Shown: positions 21,613-33,519, counted from the first letter of the stretch. The stretch: 64,000 nucleotides of DNA from Craspedostauros australis (GCA_030167865.1 JALAGF010004851.1:1-64000); one strand, 5' to 3'. Notes: generated from the sequence alone by a model not told the origin. Made by a program: numbers and translations.

Positions 21613-24600
21613 ATGAGTGAAAGCGACACCACCAAGCTCGCCGCCGACCTGAAGGACAAGGCCTCCATCAGCGGAGGATACGACCGCTGGACCTTGAGGG
21701 ACGAGGAATCCATCAACTACGGCTACATCCACAAGACCGGTGGCGCACCGGCCCCATCCGCGGACGACTCCGCATCGCCGTTCTACATCACGACGGCCAT
21801 CAACTACACCAACGGACCAGCGCATATGGGGCATGCCTACGAGGCCGCCACTTCCGATGTCATCGCCCGCTTCGTGCGGCTGGAGGGCAAGCGATCTGCC
21901 TACTTCGTCACCGGAGCGGATGAGCACGGTCAGAAGATTGCCAACACGGCCGCCGATCAAGGCAAGGAGCCGATCGACATCTGCAACAAGGTGGGTCGTT
22001 CATGCAAATCTGATGATTGTCGTCGCCACTTGTAGAAGAGACTGTCATTGCTTGAAGTCTCTTGTCGGCGGTTCATCTCTTATTCTGCTCTTGCATTCTT
22101 CTCTATGTATGCATGGTATGGTAGGGTTTGGCATTGATGCGAAAGAGTGGCAGTGATCCTGAAGCAGCATATTCGGCGTTCTGTGCCTATTCTCCATATG
22201 CCATACAACCATCTCATTACGAGTATCTTGCATGTCCTCCATTTCATCTCAAACCTATCCTTCCAATACAAACCAACCAACAAACAAACAAACAAACGAT
22301 ATCCACCATCGCTCGATCAATTAATCAACCAATGAATCAATCCACGTCGCGCAATGTACATATTGCAGTACGTCACTGGCTTCAAGTGCCTCAACCAGCG
22401 GATCCTCATCTCCAACGACGACTACATCCGCACGACCAGCGAGCGCCACAAAAAGACCGCCCGCGAATTGTGGAAGAAATGCCACGCCAACGGCGACATC
22501 TACCTCGACTCTTACGAGGGATGGTACAATATCCGCGAGGAGACCTTCGTCACCGACAACGATGCCGCACTGAGCGACTACAAGGACCCCACTTCCGGAC
22601 AGCCGCTCAAGCAGGTCAAGGAGGAGTCGTACTTCTTCAAGATGAGCGCGTACCACAAGCGCCTCGTCCAGCACATCAATGACAACCCCGCCTTCATCCA
22701 ACCGGAGCAGCACCGCAACCAAATCTTGGCCCGTCTCAACGCCGACGAGCTCCGAGATCTCAGCGTCTCGCGCACCACGTTCTCGTGGGGCATCGGCGTC
22801 CCAGAAGGCTTCGACGAGAAGCACGTCATGTACGTCTGGGTGGATGCGCTCTCCAATTACCTCACGGGCGTCAACGGTCTTGGTGTCACAGGAGAGGATC
22901 ACAAGCAGCACCTCCAATCCTCCTGGCCAGCAAGCGTCCACATCATCGGCAAGGACATCCTTTGGTTCCACACCGTCATCTGGCCCTGCCTGCTCATGTC
23001 TGCGGGAGTCGCCTTGCCCACAACCGTCTTCGCTCACGGTTTCGTCAACGACAAGGAGGGAAAAAAGATGTCCAAGAGTCTTGGCAACGTCGTTGATCCA
23101 CACGACATCTTGGAGCGATTCACAGTCGACACCTTCCGTTGGTAAGTCCACCAATGCTGCGTCCAATATCTTTGGTTACCCTGTTGTTCTGCCACTGCAG
23201 AGAGTACTCTGGTCTCTTCTGCGGATCATGATCATACATTGGCCGTCGTCGTCGTCGTCTTGAGAGAGTAACACAGTTGATGGGAGAGAGAACGAGACAC
23301 AGGGCAACGCAACACAGCACAACACAGCACAGCACAGCACAGTCCTTGACTCACCACCTATGCCCTGCCCAACGCCGCACCATTTTGCCTGCACCGCAAA
23401 TCCATGACATCATATCGCCTCGTCTCATTCCCTTGGTTTCAACGACGTTTCTTCGTACAAATGACTTTCCCACCCACAACAGGTATCTCTCCAAGGAGGC
23501 ACCGTATGGTGGCGAACTCGCCTTCAGCGAGGAGTCCATGAGAGACATGCACAACGCCGATCTTTGCGATACTTTGGGCAACTTGTTGCACCGTGCCACC
23601 AATCTTTGCAAGAAGTACTGCGGCGGGGTCATCCCAGATGTCGCCGTCTCCCCCAAGCTCCCCATCGACTTGAACAAGGTCATTCCCGAATTCGTCACCA
23701 AGATGTACAATTTCGATTTGCAAGGTGGTGCCAACACCGTCATCCAAGGCTTCCGCGACGTCAACGGCTACCTTCAGGAAGAAGCGCCTTGGCTCAAGAA
23801 GGGCGATGAGCACGCGGAAGCACGCCAAGTCTCTGTCCGCACCACGCTGGAGGCCATCTACGCCCTGGCGCACATGCTCCTGCCCTTCCTCCCAATCGGT
23901 GGCGCCAAGATCTTCAAGAAGTTGAATACCGAACCAAAATCGAGCCTCCAGGACATTGACGTGACTTGCAACAACTTGGCAGTCGGCACGAAGATCGAAA
24001 TCGGTGAGGTGCTGTACACCAAGGTAAGCCCAAGCTGTGACGCAGCTTCGTGGATTTGGGGACTGATTGATGTTCGTGGAGTGGTTGAGATGCCGACAGG
24101 TTGAGCCTTGATCAATCCGAAACATCCTTACAGTAGATGCATGTCATCTACTGCACTGCTTTGCGAAAGAAGAAATCCACACATGTGCAAAAAACCCTTC
24201 TCACGAACTACTCCTGTGGCACCATGCGTTTCCGCAACGCATCGAGTGGAATGTGTGCGAAATTCCCTTTTCCTTGTCTCCAATCCCGACGATGACAACA
24301 CTATCAATTTCAACGTCAATGGAAACCATGAATGCGAAAAACAGAGCCTTGAAGAGAAAGACAATGCCGACGACAAGAAGAGCAACAAGGAATCCCATGC
24401 CGATGCTCAAAAGCGCAAGAAGCAACAGAAGGCGGCTGCCATCGCCGCAAGCCAGAAAGGAAGCCAAACAGGAAATGCCAACCAGCCAGAATTCACCAAG
24501 ATGGACATCCGCGTTGGCAAGATTGTCAAGGTGTGGAACCACGCGGAGGCTGACAAACTATTTTGTGAACAAATTGATGTCGGCGAAGAGAGTGGGCCAC

Positions 24601-25254
24601 GCGAGATAGCATCTGGGTTGCGAAACCATTATTCGTTGGAAGACATGCAAGATCGGTTGGTCCTGGTGGCGTGCAATATGAAGCCCTCGAAGATTGTTGG
24701 CTTCGTCAGCAACGGCATGGTGCTCGCAGCAAAGGTAAGGCGCAACTGCAAGCGATTGAAGTTGGCACAACAGCGCGGACGAGAAGCAACAGTTCGTTTT
24801 TGGTTGCAAAGTGTGTCGTTGGTGTATGCGCAACAAGGGATACTGTGCTATTGTGCAACCATTGCACGATGTTCTGTTCTACTCTGTCTGCACGCCTTCC
24901 ATGATTTTACTGTGATATGGCCGTACTTCGTGACGATCATTCGATTCTCAAAAGGATGTTGGTGTCTCTCCTTGCATTTGAATCATGTGGCGTCGACAAC
25001 AGAGCACGGACGGCGCGAAAGTAGAGCTTGTGACACCCCCTGAGGGATCAAAAATTGGGGAACGTGCAGTCATCGATGGTCTCGCCGGCGAACCCACCTC
25101 ATCGGCCCAAGTCAAGAAGAAGAAGACATGGGACAAGGTGGCGAAGGAGCTGAAGACAGCAGACGGCTGTGTGGCAACATGGGAGGGCAAGGAGATCAAG
25201 ACATCTGCAGGTGTGTGTAAGGTCCTCTCTCTTGTGGGGGCACCGATTTCGTAG
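21613..25254 (+). CDS. metG: Methionyl-tRNA synthetase with C-terminal tRNA-binding (EMAP II/Arc1p-like) domain (exons 21613-21990, 22369-23141, 23483-24023, 24345-24734, 25003-25254)
   Basis: FYITTAINYTNGPAHMGH, TGADEHGQKI, DLSVSR, YVWVDAL.NY, IGKDI, KMSKSLGN, NADL...LGNLLHR. C-terminal DIRVGKIV..HAEADKLFCEQIDVGE...REIASGL...SNGMVLAA. All four introns keep frame. Confidence 0.95.
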
Positions 25255-25554
25255 ACAGCCATCCTAGTACTACGATAGCTTGATGCTCTGCTCCGACGTG
25301 TTACAGACACGGTAACCGTGTTTCATCTCCATTCTTAACAGTATAATTCTACTCTCGAGTATTCGGCTCGAATCGGCTGTATCCTATCCTATCACCGCAG
25401 TACTCGGTGCAATGAATGTATCTATGTGCCGGGTGTAATCAGCACAAGCATTGCTCTATCGTGGTGGTGCGGATAGCTCTCGTGCAGAGTGGCATCTGGT
25501 AATCTTTCGGCATTCGCACCTTTGCCCATATCATTGTCACATGGATGATGCGCT

Positions 25555-26909
25555 CTACCTCTTTGTCGCAGTGACAACATACATCGGATCTCCGATGATG
25601 CGACGATCCCTGCCTTGTCGGGCCGACAGATCAGTGGCCTTAATGGTAGTCAGCTCGTTGGTGCCAAAGTGAATGTATGAGCCAACGATGTATGCATGAT
25701 CGATGTCATCGGCACCCGTCCACAGCCCAACAGCCTACAAATGGGAGAATGTGGATCATCACGCAATTCATGATCGAGTGCAGTGTAGTGGAGTAGAGGA
25801 AGTGCGGGAATAATACGAACAGCGCAATGGCAACAACAAAAACGTGAGGAAGTATGCCATGAGTACAGTCACGACCACTTTCGCAATCTTCGTTGTCTTT
25901 TCTTGCTCCCTTTCAGGCTCCCGGCTATTCCTCCGTCTTGAACCATCACCATGCAGACTGCGTTGCACCAATCAATGAAACCTACCTTACTCAAAAACAG
26001 CCGGTTCGAAAATAGAATGTGGACAGTTCCGTTCGAATTCAAAACCCGCGCAATCTCCTGAACGACCTCCTTGGGCTTCGTCAAATAATCTATGCTTAGT
26101 TGACACAGCACGGTGTCGAATGACCCATCTGCGTACGGAAGCTTGGGATTTTGGTTCAAGTCTTGAACGGCGTAATCTGTGAGCACCTTGTTGGCTTGCA
26201 ACTCTTTTTCGTTCATGCCCAGCCCTGAAAACCTTCGCAAGGCTGCTTTCGAAACAGTGCTTGGGTCTGCATGCGATGTCCAGCTGGAGCAAAGATCCAG
26301 CACGCTGCCGCGCCCTTCCGAGACGACCTTGTTGACATAGTTCGTCATCAATTGCACAGCCTGCTCATCGACATGTTCCACGAACCGTGGGTCCTCGTAG
26401 AAGATGCTGTCTGGTTTGGAATCCAACCGCGTGAACTTCCTTGCATCCTTGAACGGGTTGTCATCGTCGTCGTCATCATCTTTGCGAATGTCGTTGCTGT
26501 GGCCCACCACACTCCAATACGATGGAATGGCAGCTTCAATTTCGCCGGGACTTGGAAGCGATATCCCAGTTTTGGGATCCTTCATCATCGCATTCATGAT
26601 GGAAGGATTGGATGTGGACGCAATGAAAGGTGCGATGGATCCACATCGCGTCAGGAATCTTCGTCTGTCTGCCTCAATCGTTCGACTATCGTTGTTGCTG
26701 TCATTGTAGCTCGCGGTTGCCGATAGAATAGTCGTCCTTGTTGTCGCTTTTGGTGTAGCTGCTATTGATGCTGCTCGCGGACCGTGTTCTTCGCCCTTGA
26801 TGCTGCCCGTGCGTCCTTGTTTGATTTCCGTCGCCGTCCACGCATGCGATGTGAACGAAGCAAATACTAACGTGAGCCAAAGTGGTGCATTCCATTTTGC
26901 AGCCCTCAT
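25555..26909 (-). CDS. Class I SAM-dependent methyltransferase (type 11-like), probably plastid-targeted (exons 26909-25986, 25734-25555)
   Basis: RLD..PD..FY..PRFV.H.D, VLDLCSSW.SH, GLGMN.KEL..N..L, QDLN..P.LPY.D.SFD.V...LSIDYL..P, FSNR.F.SK|AV.LW, GDPMYVV. Signal peptide ending SHA-W. Confidence 0.85.
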
Positions 26910-27498
26910 GATCTCAAAAGTCGTCGGTATGGTACGAGCTACAATAGCGGAACGACTCTGGCTCTTGCGCACTGGAAGTCGACAAGGACTATGGGGAAGT
27001 CACGATGGGGCGAAGGTGGTTGGTCGGAGGCCTGCGTCGGTTGCGATCCTCTGCTTTCCCGAGGGGATGTGTCGTCGTCAGCAACTCTCTGCGTCACATC
27101 ACATCACATCACATCGCGTGTGGGATCACCATGGTTGTTGACTTCGGAGTACCAGTCGTGGATAATAAATGTACTCCATGGAGTCGATAAAATCTAAGCT
27201 TCTGTGTTAGCGCACTCCTAATTTCCGAAACCAGAAGAGGCTTCCTGGCCTTGGACATGAAGAGTCCACCGATACCCTGCTCCTCATAGCAAATTACATC
27301 ACTCCTCGACATTCTATTCAGACGAGGTTTACAATTTTTATATAATACATCAAAGTCATTCTCTCTTGTCTCGTCGGGAACAGCTCAGACGTCCGCCAGG
27401 GCCAGAACAGGTGCCCCCGCAGCAACGCCAACCAAATACGTTGGCCGAGCTTCAGAGAAATCCAGCGAGCATCGCGCCCAAGACTGCGCCCCTCATAC

Positions 27499-30400
27499 TC
27501 AGTTCTGCTGTTGCAAGTCTGCTGCTTCTGCTTGATCTCGTTGCTGTTGGAATGGCGCGAGGAACTGGACCAGGTCGGCGTGCCCTTGCGCCGCAGCAGC
27601 ATCTATCGGCCTCATTCCGAGTTGGTTGCGAGCATTCGTATCTGCCTCCACACCGTCTGTCACCATCAAATAACGAACCATTTTGAGGCATCCAAACCAG
27701 CACAGTATGTGCAATGGTCCATTGCCATCAACATTCCCGATGTTCACATCTGCGTGAGCACCTTCCACTAATTCCTTAATCACATCGTCGTATTGATTGG
27801 CGCCGTCTGCGAATGCTCTGCATGCGATGAACAGCGGCGTTTCGTTTCTCGAGTTGGCCAGGTCGGGATTAACACGATCGATGTCAGCCAAGATCCGAAC
27901 AATGCTCCAATGCCTGGCGCTGTCTGCGCCGTAGTGTTGGCATGTGAGATGCAGTGGCGTGTTGCCTTCGTCATCTTGAAGATTAGGATCAACGCTTTCC
28001 ACACCAGTCATGTACTCCACCACCTCAGGGTTCCCGCTCATACAGGCGGCATGCAATGGTGTCTGCCCTGTAGTGTCGGTGGCGTTGGTCTCAACACTGG
28101 CTGTCCCAACCAAATACTCCACGATAGCGAGGTTCCCGCTCAGGCAGGCCACATGCAATGGTGTCTGCCCCAAAATGTTGGCGGCGTTAATGTCAGCGCG
28201 GCCTGTTCCGACTAAAAGCTGCACCATCTGAGGGTTCCCGCTCATACAGGCGGCATGCAAGGGTGTCTGCCCAGTAGTGTCGGTGGCGTTGGTCTCAACA
28301 CGGTCTATCCCAACCAAATACTCCACGACATCGAGGTTCCCCTTCATGCAGGCGGCATGCAAGGGTGTCTGCCCTGTAGTGTCGGTGGCGTTGATATCAG
28401 CGCGGCATGTTCCGACTAACAGCTGCACCATCTGAGAGTTCCCGCTCATACAGGCGGCATGCAATGGTGTCTGCCCTGTAGTGTCGGTGGCGTTGATGTC
28501 AGCGTGGCCTGTTCCGACTAAAAGCTGCACCATCTGAGAGTTCCCGCTCATACAGGCGACATGCAATGGTGTCTGCCCTGTAGTGTCGGTGGCATTGATC
28601 TCAACACGGTCTATCCCAACCAAATACTCCACGACATCGAGGTTCCCCTTCATGCAGGCGACATGCAATGGTGTCTGCCCCAAGGTGTTGGGGGCGTTGA
28701 CATCGGCGTGCCCAGTCTCCACAAGATATCTAACGCCGTCCAAGTAAGCGTATGCACCACCGCATTGTAGGTGCAGCGAAGTATTGCCCTCATTGTCAGA
28801 GTCGTCAATTCCGAGGTTCCTCTGGGTCAAAAGATATTCGATAATTGCGTGATACTGGTAGTCATAGTCGTCGTCTTCGAATTCTTGTTCCTTGCACGCA
28901 ATGTGCAACGGCGTTTGACCAATTCCGTTTCGGGCATTGACGCTGACGCCGTCTCTTTCGGCCAAATCAACGAGCATGCCAAAGCACCCGCTCTTGCTTA
29001 TGAAGTGCAATGGCGCATTCCCCTCGATGTCCGGGATATTGATATCAGCATTTGCCTGGATCAGCCGATGTATCAGATCGCCGTGGAAATTGTCCGGACT
29101 GTACAGTTTGCACGCTTCGACCAGGGGCGTAGCGCGCTGTCGATTGACAGCATTGATGTTGATTTGTTCATGTTGAAGCAACGCCTCCACGACTTGCGGA
29201 TAGCCGTCGACAAATCCAGGATCGTACTCTCTACAAGCAATGTGGAGTGGAGTGTTGCCTTGAGAGTCTTGTGGATTTATCTCGATAGAGTCCGCGCCAA
29301 GCAGAATCCCTACCGTCTCCGGTTGCGCGAATTCAGCGGCGAGATGGAGAGCTGTTTGGCCCTCAGCATTCCGTATGTTCACATTGGTACGAAGAGCATC
29401 CACGAGCCACCTCACTACATCCGTCCGTGTCGTGGAAGCCACGCGATGAAGCATCGTGTCGCCTTTGGTGTCCTGGACGTCGGCATTGATGGTGATTCGA
29501 TCCGATTCGAGCAAGCACTCAATCACCGGCAAATGGTCATTCCGGTACGCGAGGAAGGGCGGTGTATTGTCGTCGGCATCAGGGATGTTGACGTCGATGG
29601 TGATATCATCGAATTGCAGGAAGAGCCGCAGGAGGTGCGTGAATCCACGCTCGCAAATGATATGAATCGACGTATCGCCGTCTATATTCTGAATGTTGAC
29701 ATTGATGCTCTGCGGATATGCCTCAATCAGTGTCCGAACCCAGTATGACTCTCCTGATCGACAGGCATAGTGAAGAGCCGTCTCGCCTCTTTCACCTTGA
29801 GCGTTGACATCGAGAGTCTCTTGTCCTGCTGTGACGAGGCATTCAACAATATCCCTGTGCCTATGGCGAGACGCGAGAAGTAGCGGAGTGTCGCCATTTG
29901 CATCCCGTTCATTGATAATGGCACCGATTTGCTCCGATCTCACCAACTCGCGGACCTCTCGCAATTGGCCAGATCGGCAAGCGTTGTGAAGACGTTCGAT
30001 CGTGGTACCGCCGCGACCATCTGCGCTGATGTTGCATTGCTCCGGGTCTGATGTCTCGCGCAAGGCACCTAAACTTGTGCGCATCTCCATTTGGCGTGGA
30101 GAAGTGTCTATCGGTGTGTTTTGGACATTGTCTTGACCGCCGCTGCTTGCTCGAAGTGCCGTCAAGTACTTGATCACGTCAGCTTGCGAATTATGCGCAG
30201 CTTCATCGTACGGTGTGTAACCGCTGCTGTTCTCGATGTCAAGGTCCACACGGACATATCCGGACTCGACCATACACTTCACTGCGTTGATGTGGCCCTC
30301 ACGGCAGGCAAGATGAAGTGGCGTGTCGCCATCGTGGTCTTGGACATTGGCATCAATGTCGGTGTGATGCGATTCCAATAGGTAGCTGACCACGTCGCAG

Positions 30401-33400
30401 CGCCCGAACCAACACGCCAGATGCAGCGGCGTATCGTCGTCATCGTTTCTGGCGTTGGCATCCACGGTCATCTCGTCAGCCTCAAGCAGGATCTGCACGA
30501 TGTCTCTATGCCCATACCTACATGCGAAATGCAGCGGTGTATAGCCGTCATTGTTCTGGATACTGGTGCAATCGCTGGGATCGACACTCGTCGAATGAAG
30601 CCTCAGAAGGAGCCTGACCAAAGCTGTGTGGCCGTGTTGGCAGGCTGTATGCAAGGGCGCGTTGCCGTGTTGGCCTTTGTTGTTGGACAGACCCAACCTC
30701 ACGAAGTATCTGACCATATTCTCGTGCCCACATCGATAGGCATGATACAAGGGGGTCTCGCCTGCGTTGTTCGTGAGTTGGGTCGTGGTCTTGGTCGCTC
30801 GTTTGATCATGTCGGTGACGTCAGAGGAATCCAACAGAAGCGCCAACATTGGCACATTCGCACTCGAACAAGCGCAATGGAGTGGTGTGTTTCCTTGACT
30901 GTTTTGAATGTGAACACTGCGTTCGATTGAGTTGGATTGGAGCAAGTGTTTCACCACGGATACATGGCCATGCAAGCACGAAAGATGCAATGCTGTGTCG
31001 CCGTTGGCATTCTGAGCGTTGCAGTCAACGTCGAATCGATCAGATTTGAGAAGAGCCTGCACCCACCCCAGAAGCCCTGACTGAGAAGCCATGTGCAACA
31101 AGGTGTTGCTGCCATCATCATCTGGCGAGTTGCCGTCAAGACTTGCTTGGTCCGGTTTGATCCAGTGGTGGATCCACTCACTGTCACCTGATTGACAGGC
31201 ACAATCGAGTGGCGTGTCGCCTTTCTCGTTCGTGATACTCATATCGAAGATGCTTCTTTCTGACTGCACCAAGTCTTCGATCAAAGCTGTGTGTCTTGAT
31301 CGAAACGCAAGGTGGAGCGGTGTATCACCGTCATGGTTCTTCATGCCGAAATGATTTTTGACTTGGTTAGATTCCACCAACTGCTTGGCGATGCCTCTTT
31401 GCCCATGCAAGCAGGCTAAATGGAAGGGCGTGTTGCCATTTTTGTCTCTGATGTCGGCATCGATGCTCGCTCGCTCCTTCTCCAGCAGGTATGTGCCAAT
31501 AGTGGGACTGTCTTCCTTACCCGAACAAGCAAGATGCAGCGCTGTTTCGCCATCGTCGTTTTGGGCGTTGATGTCAACGACGATGCCATCGGTTTCGACC
31601 AAAGCCCGTACCCATCCGAGAAGACCCGAACGGCAGGCCGCGTGCAACAGTGTGTCGCCATCGTTGTCGGTGTCTGGCGTGTTGCCATCTCGCCTTGCTT
31701 GATCTGCTTTGATCCATCCATGGATCCAGACCATGTTGCCCGACTGGCAAGCGGAGTGCATGAATGTCTTGCCGTTGCTGTGGATGTTGGTGTCTATCCT
31801 GATACGGTGTGTTTGGAGAAAGATATCCATGGCCTCCTTGTGCCCACTTTGGCACGCGAGGTCGAGGGCTGTCTGGCGAGAGTTGTTTTCGATGCTGGCA
31901 ATCGTCCTGATTCCATCGAACTCAAGCAAGCGCTCGATTGTCTCCTTGTCTCCATTCCGACTGGCAGCGTGAAGTGCTGTGTTGCCATCCCTATTCTTGA
32001 TACCCAAATCAAAATTCAGATTTTCATGTCGAAGAAGTTGCTCAACGGTGGCTTGGTGACCATTCCAACAGGCACAGTGGAGCGGCGTGTCTCCGGCTTG
32101 ATTCTGAGCGTTGACCTCGATGCTGCCGCCGTGTGAGCGCAGCAAGTCTAACACGATCTCGACATGTCCGTGGGAGCATGCAAGATGAAGGGCCGTGTCC
32201 TTGTGGCTGTTTGGGATGTTGAGCTTGATTCCGCGTGGGCCAGACCGAAAAATACACCCAACGATGTCTCGGCGACCTTTCCGGCAAGCGATGTGGAGCG
32301 GGGTGTCACCTTTGCCATCTTGCACATTGATATTGATCTGCATTGGTTGCGCTCCGAGAAGAGTCTCTACAACTCTTGCGTGGCCATGGAGGCAAGCGCT
32401 GTGAAGTGGTGTCTGTCCTTCTTTGTTCTTGGTGTTGATATCGATGCGCGGTTGGATAGGTTCGTGCTTCAAGAGATACCTAGCGATATCTTCGTGACCC
32501 CCGGAACAAGCGCAGTGAAGAGCTGTGTCGCCCTTGGCATTTTGTGCATTCACTTGCATCCCTGCGCCGTCCGATTCAACCAGCGCCTGTGCCATCTCTA
32601 AATTGCCAGATCGACATGCCCGGTGCAACCATGTGTTGCCACCTGCGTGATCCGGGGATTCGTCATAAGATTCCGGGAAAGCCATCTTCATCCAGTGACG
32701 GATCCAGTCCATGTCACCCGACTGACAAACAAGGTGTGATGGTGTGTGGCCCTCATTGTTTTGGGTGTGGAGGCTAATGCGTTGGTCATCGAGTGGCAAT
32801 AGACAATCCACAATATCCTTGTACCTGAATCGGCAGGCGAGATGGAGAGGAGTGTTACCGTCGGCGCCTTGCGCTATCATCGAATCTATCTTCGTATCGC
32901 CGTGCTCATGCAGTAGTTCGATGATATCTTTGTGGCCAAATTTGCAAGCACAATGGAGGGGCGTATAGCGTAGCGTGTCTTTGATGCGGGCATCGACGCT
33001 CATCTTGTTTGACTGTAGCATCCACTTGACCACATCCTTGCGTCCAAGGGAGCATGCAACATGAAGGGGAGTTTGACCCAAGTGATTTTGGATGTCAGCG
33101 TTGATTTTCGTTGGGGAATTTTCGACCAAGCACTCCAGCACTTGAATCTTCTCTCTCGAGCAAGCTCGGTGGAGCGGCGTGTTCCCATGCTTGTTCTTCG
33201 CGTTGAACTCGACTTTGAATCGCTTGGGTGTCATCAAACAAGCGATGACATCGGTTTTGCCATGCTCGCAGGCGAGATGGAGCAGGCTGTCGCCTTCGGC
33301 GTTTTCGATGTTGATCGCGGTGCTTGCGTTCCTCATTCGCAGCAAATACATCACGATTTCGCTGCGCTCGAGCTTGCAGGCAATATGAAGTGCCGTGTTG

Positions 33401-33519
33401 CCGTCCATATCCTTCTCACCAAAGCTGTTTTTTGCCAGGCCAAACCGGGTGATGCTTTGCACCTTCTTCAAGTTTCCGGAACGGCAAGCGTCGTGGAGCG
33501 ATGTTGCCCGTTCGCGCAT
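27499..33519 (-). CDS. Giant intronless ankyrin-repeat protein (2006 aa, about 54 repeats)
   Basis: About 54 G.T[PA]LH.AC-type repeats counted by eye across one open frame. No catalytic domain recognised. Confidence 0.9.
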   Translation of the reverse strand: MRERATSLHDACRSGNLKKVQSITRFGLAKNSFGEKDMDGNTALHIACKLERSEIVMYLLRMRNASTAINIENAEGDSLLHLACEHGKTDVIACLMTPKRFKVEFNAKNKHGNTPLHRACSREKIQVLECLVENSPTKINADIQNHLGQTPLHVACSLGRKDVVKWMLQSNKMSVDARIKDTLRYTPLHCACKFGHKDIIELLHEHGDTKIDSMIAQGADGNTPLHLACRFRYKDIVDCLLPLDDQRISLHTQNNEGHTPSHLVCQSGDMDWIRHWMKMAFPESYDESPDHAGGNTWLHRACRSGNLEMAQALVESDGAGMQVNAQNAKGDTALHCACSGGHEDIARYLLKHEPIQPRIDINTKNKEGQTPLHSACLHGHARVVETLLGAQPMQININVQDGKGDTPLHIACRKGRRDIVGCIFRSGPRGIKLNIPNSHKDTALHLACSHGHVEIVLDLLRSHGGSIEVNAQNQAGDTPLHCACWNGHQATVEQLLRHENLNFDLGIKNRDGNTALHAASRNGDKETIERLLEFDGIRTIASIENNSRQTALDLACQSGHKEAMDIFLQTHRIRIDTNIHSNGKTFMHSACQSGNMVWIHGWIKADQARRDGNTPDTDNDGDTLLHAACRSGLLGWVRALVETDGIVVDINAQNDDGETALHLACSGKEDSPTIGTYLLEKERASIDADIRDKNGNTPFHLACLHGQRGIAKQLVESNQVKNHFGMKNHDGDTPLHLAFRSRHTALIEDLVQSERSIFDMSITNEKGDTPLDCACQSGDSEWIHHWIKPDQASLDGNSPDDDGSNTLLHMASQSGLLGWVQALLKSDRFDVDCNAQNANGDTALHLSCLHGHVSVVKHLLQSNSIERSVHIQNSQGNTPLHCACSSANVPMLALLLDSSDVTDMIKRATKTTTQLTNNAGETPLYHAYRCGHENMVRYFVRLGLSNNKGQHGNAPLHTACQHGHTALVRLLLRLHSTSVDPSDCTSIQNNDGYTPLHFACRYGHRDIVQILLEADEMTVDANARNDDDDTPLHLACWFGRCDVVSYLLESHHTDIDANVQDHDGDTPLHLACREGHINAVKCMVESGYVRVDLDIENSSGYTPYDEAAHNSQADVIKYLTALRASSGGQDNVQNTPIDTSPRQMEMRTSLGALRETSDPEQCNISADGRGGTTIERLHNACRSGQLREVRELVRSEQIGAIINERDANGDTPLLLASRHRHRDIVECLVTAGQETLDVNAQGERGETALHYACRSGESYWVRTLIEAYPQSINVNIQNIDGDTSIHIICERGFTHLLRLFLQFDDITIDVNIPDADDNTPPFLAYRNDHLPVIECLLESDRITINADVQDTKGDTMLHRVASTTRTDVVRWLVDALRTNVNIRNAEGQTALHLAAEFAQPETVGILLGADSIEINPQDSQGNTPLHIACREYDPGFVDGYPQVVEALLQHEQININAVNRQRATPLVEACKLYSPDNFHGDLIHRLIQANADINIPDIEGNAPLHFISKSGCFGMLVDLAERDGVSVNARNGIGQTPLHIACKEQEFEDDDYDYQYHAIIEYLLTQRNLGIDDSDNEGNTSLHLQCGGAYAYLDGVRYLVETGHADVNAPNTLGQTPLHVACMKGNLDVVEYLVGIDRVEINATDTTGQTPLHVACMSGNSQMVQLLVGTGHADINATDTTGQTPLHAACMSGNSQMVQLLVGTCRADINATDTTGQTPLHAACMKGNLDVVEYLVGIDRVETNATDTTGQTPLHAACMSGNPQMVQLLVGTGRADINAANILGQTPLHVACLSGNLAIVEYLVGTASVETNATDTTGQTPLHAACMSGNPEVVEYMTGVESVDPNLQDDEGNTPLHLTCQHYGADSARHWSIVRILADIDRVNPDLANSRNETPLFIACRAFADGANQYDDVIKELVEGAHADVNIGNVDGNGPLHILCWFGCLKMVRYLMVTDGVEADTNARNQLGMRPIDAAAAQGHADLVQFLAPFQQQRDQAEAADLQQQN
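27985..28698 (-). repeat. Seven tandem 102-bp near-identical ankyrin-coding units
   Basis: Recurrent DNA ggtgtctgccctgtagtgtcggtggc at 102-bp spacing, encoding NATDTTGQTPLH.ACM.GN... Confidence 0.9.

Noticed and set aside
26003-26040. GTTCGAA words resembling a tRNA T-loop
   Set aside because: They are inside a coding exon, and no cloverleaf can be folded.
27985-28698. Regularly spaced repeats resembling a CRISPR array
   Set aside because: Units are in-frame 102-bp ankyrin codons without unique spacers, and the context is eukaryotic with no cas genes.
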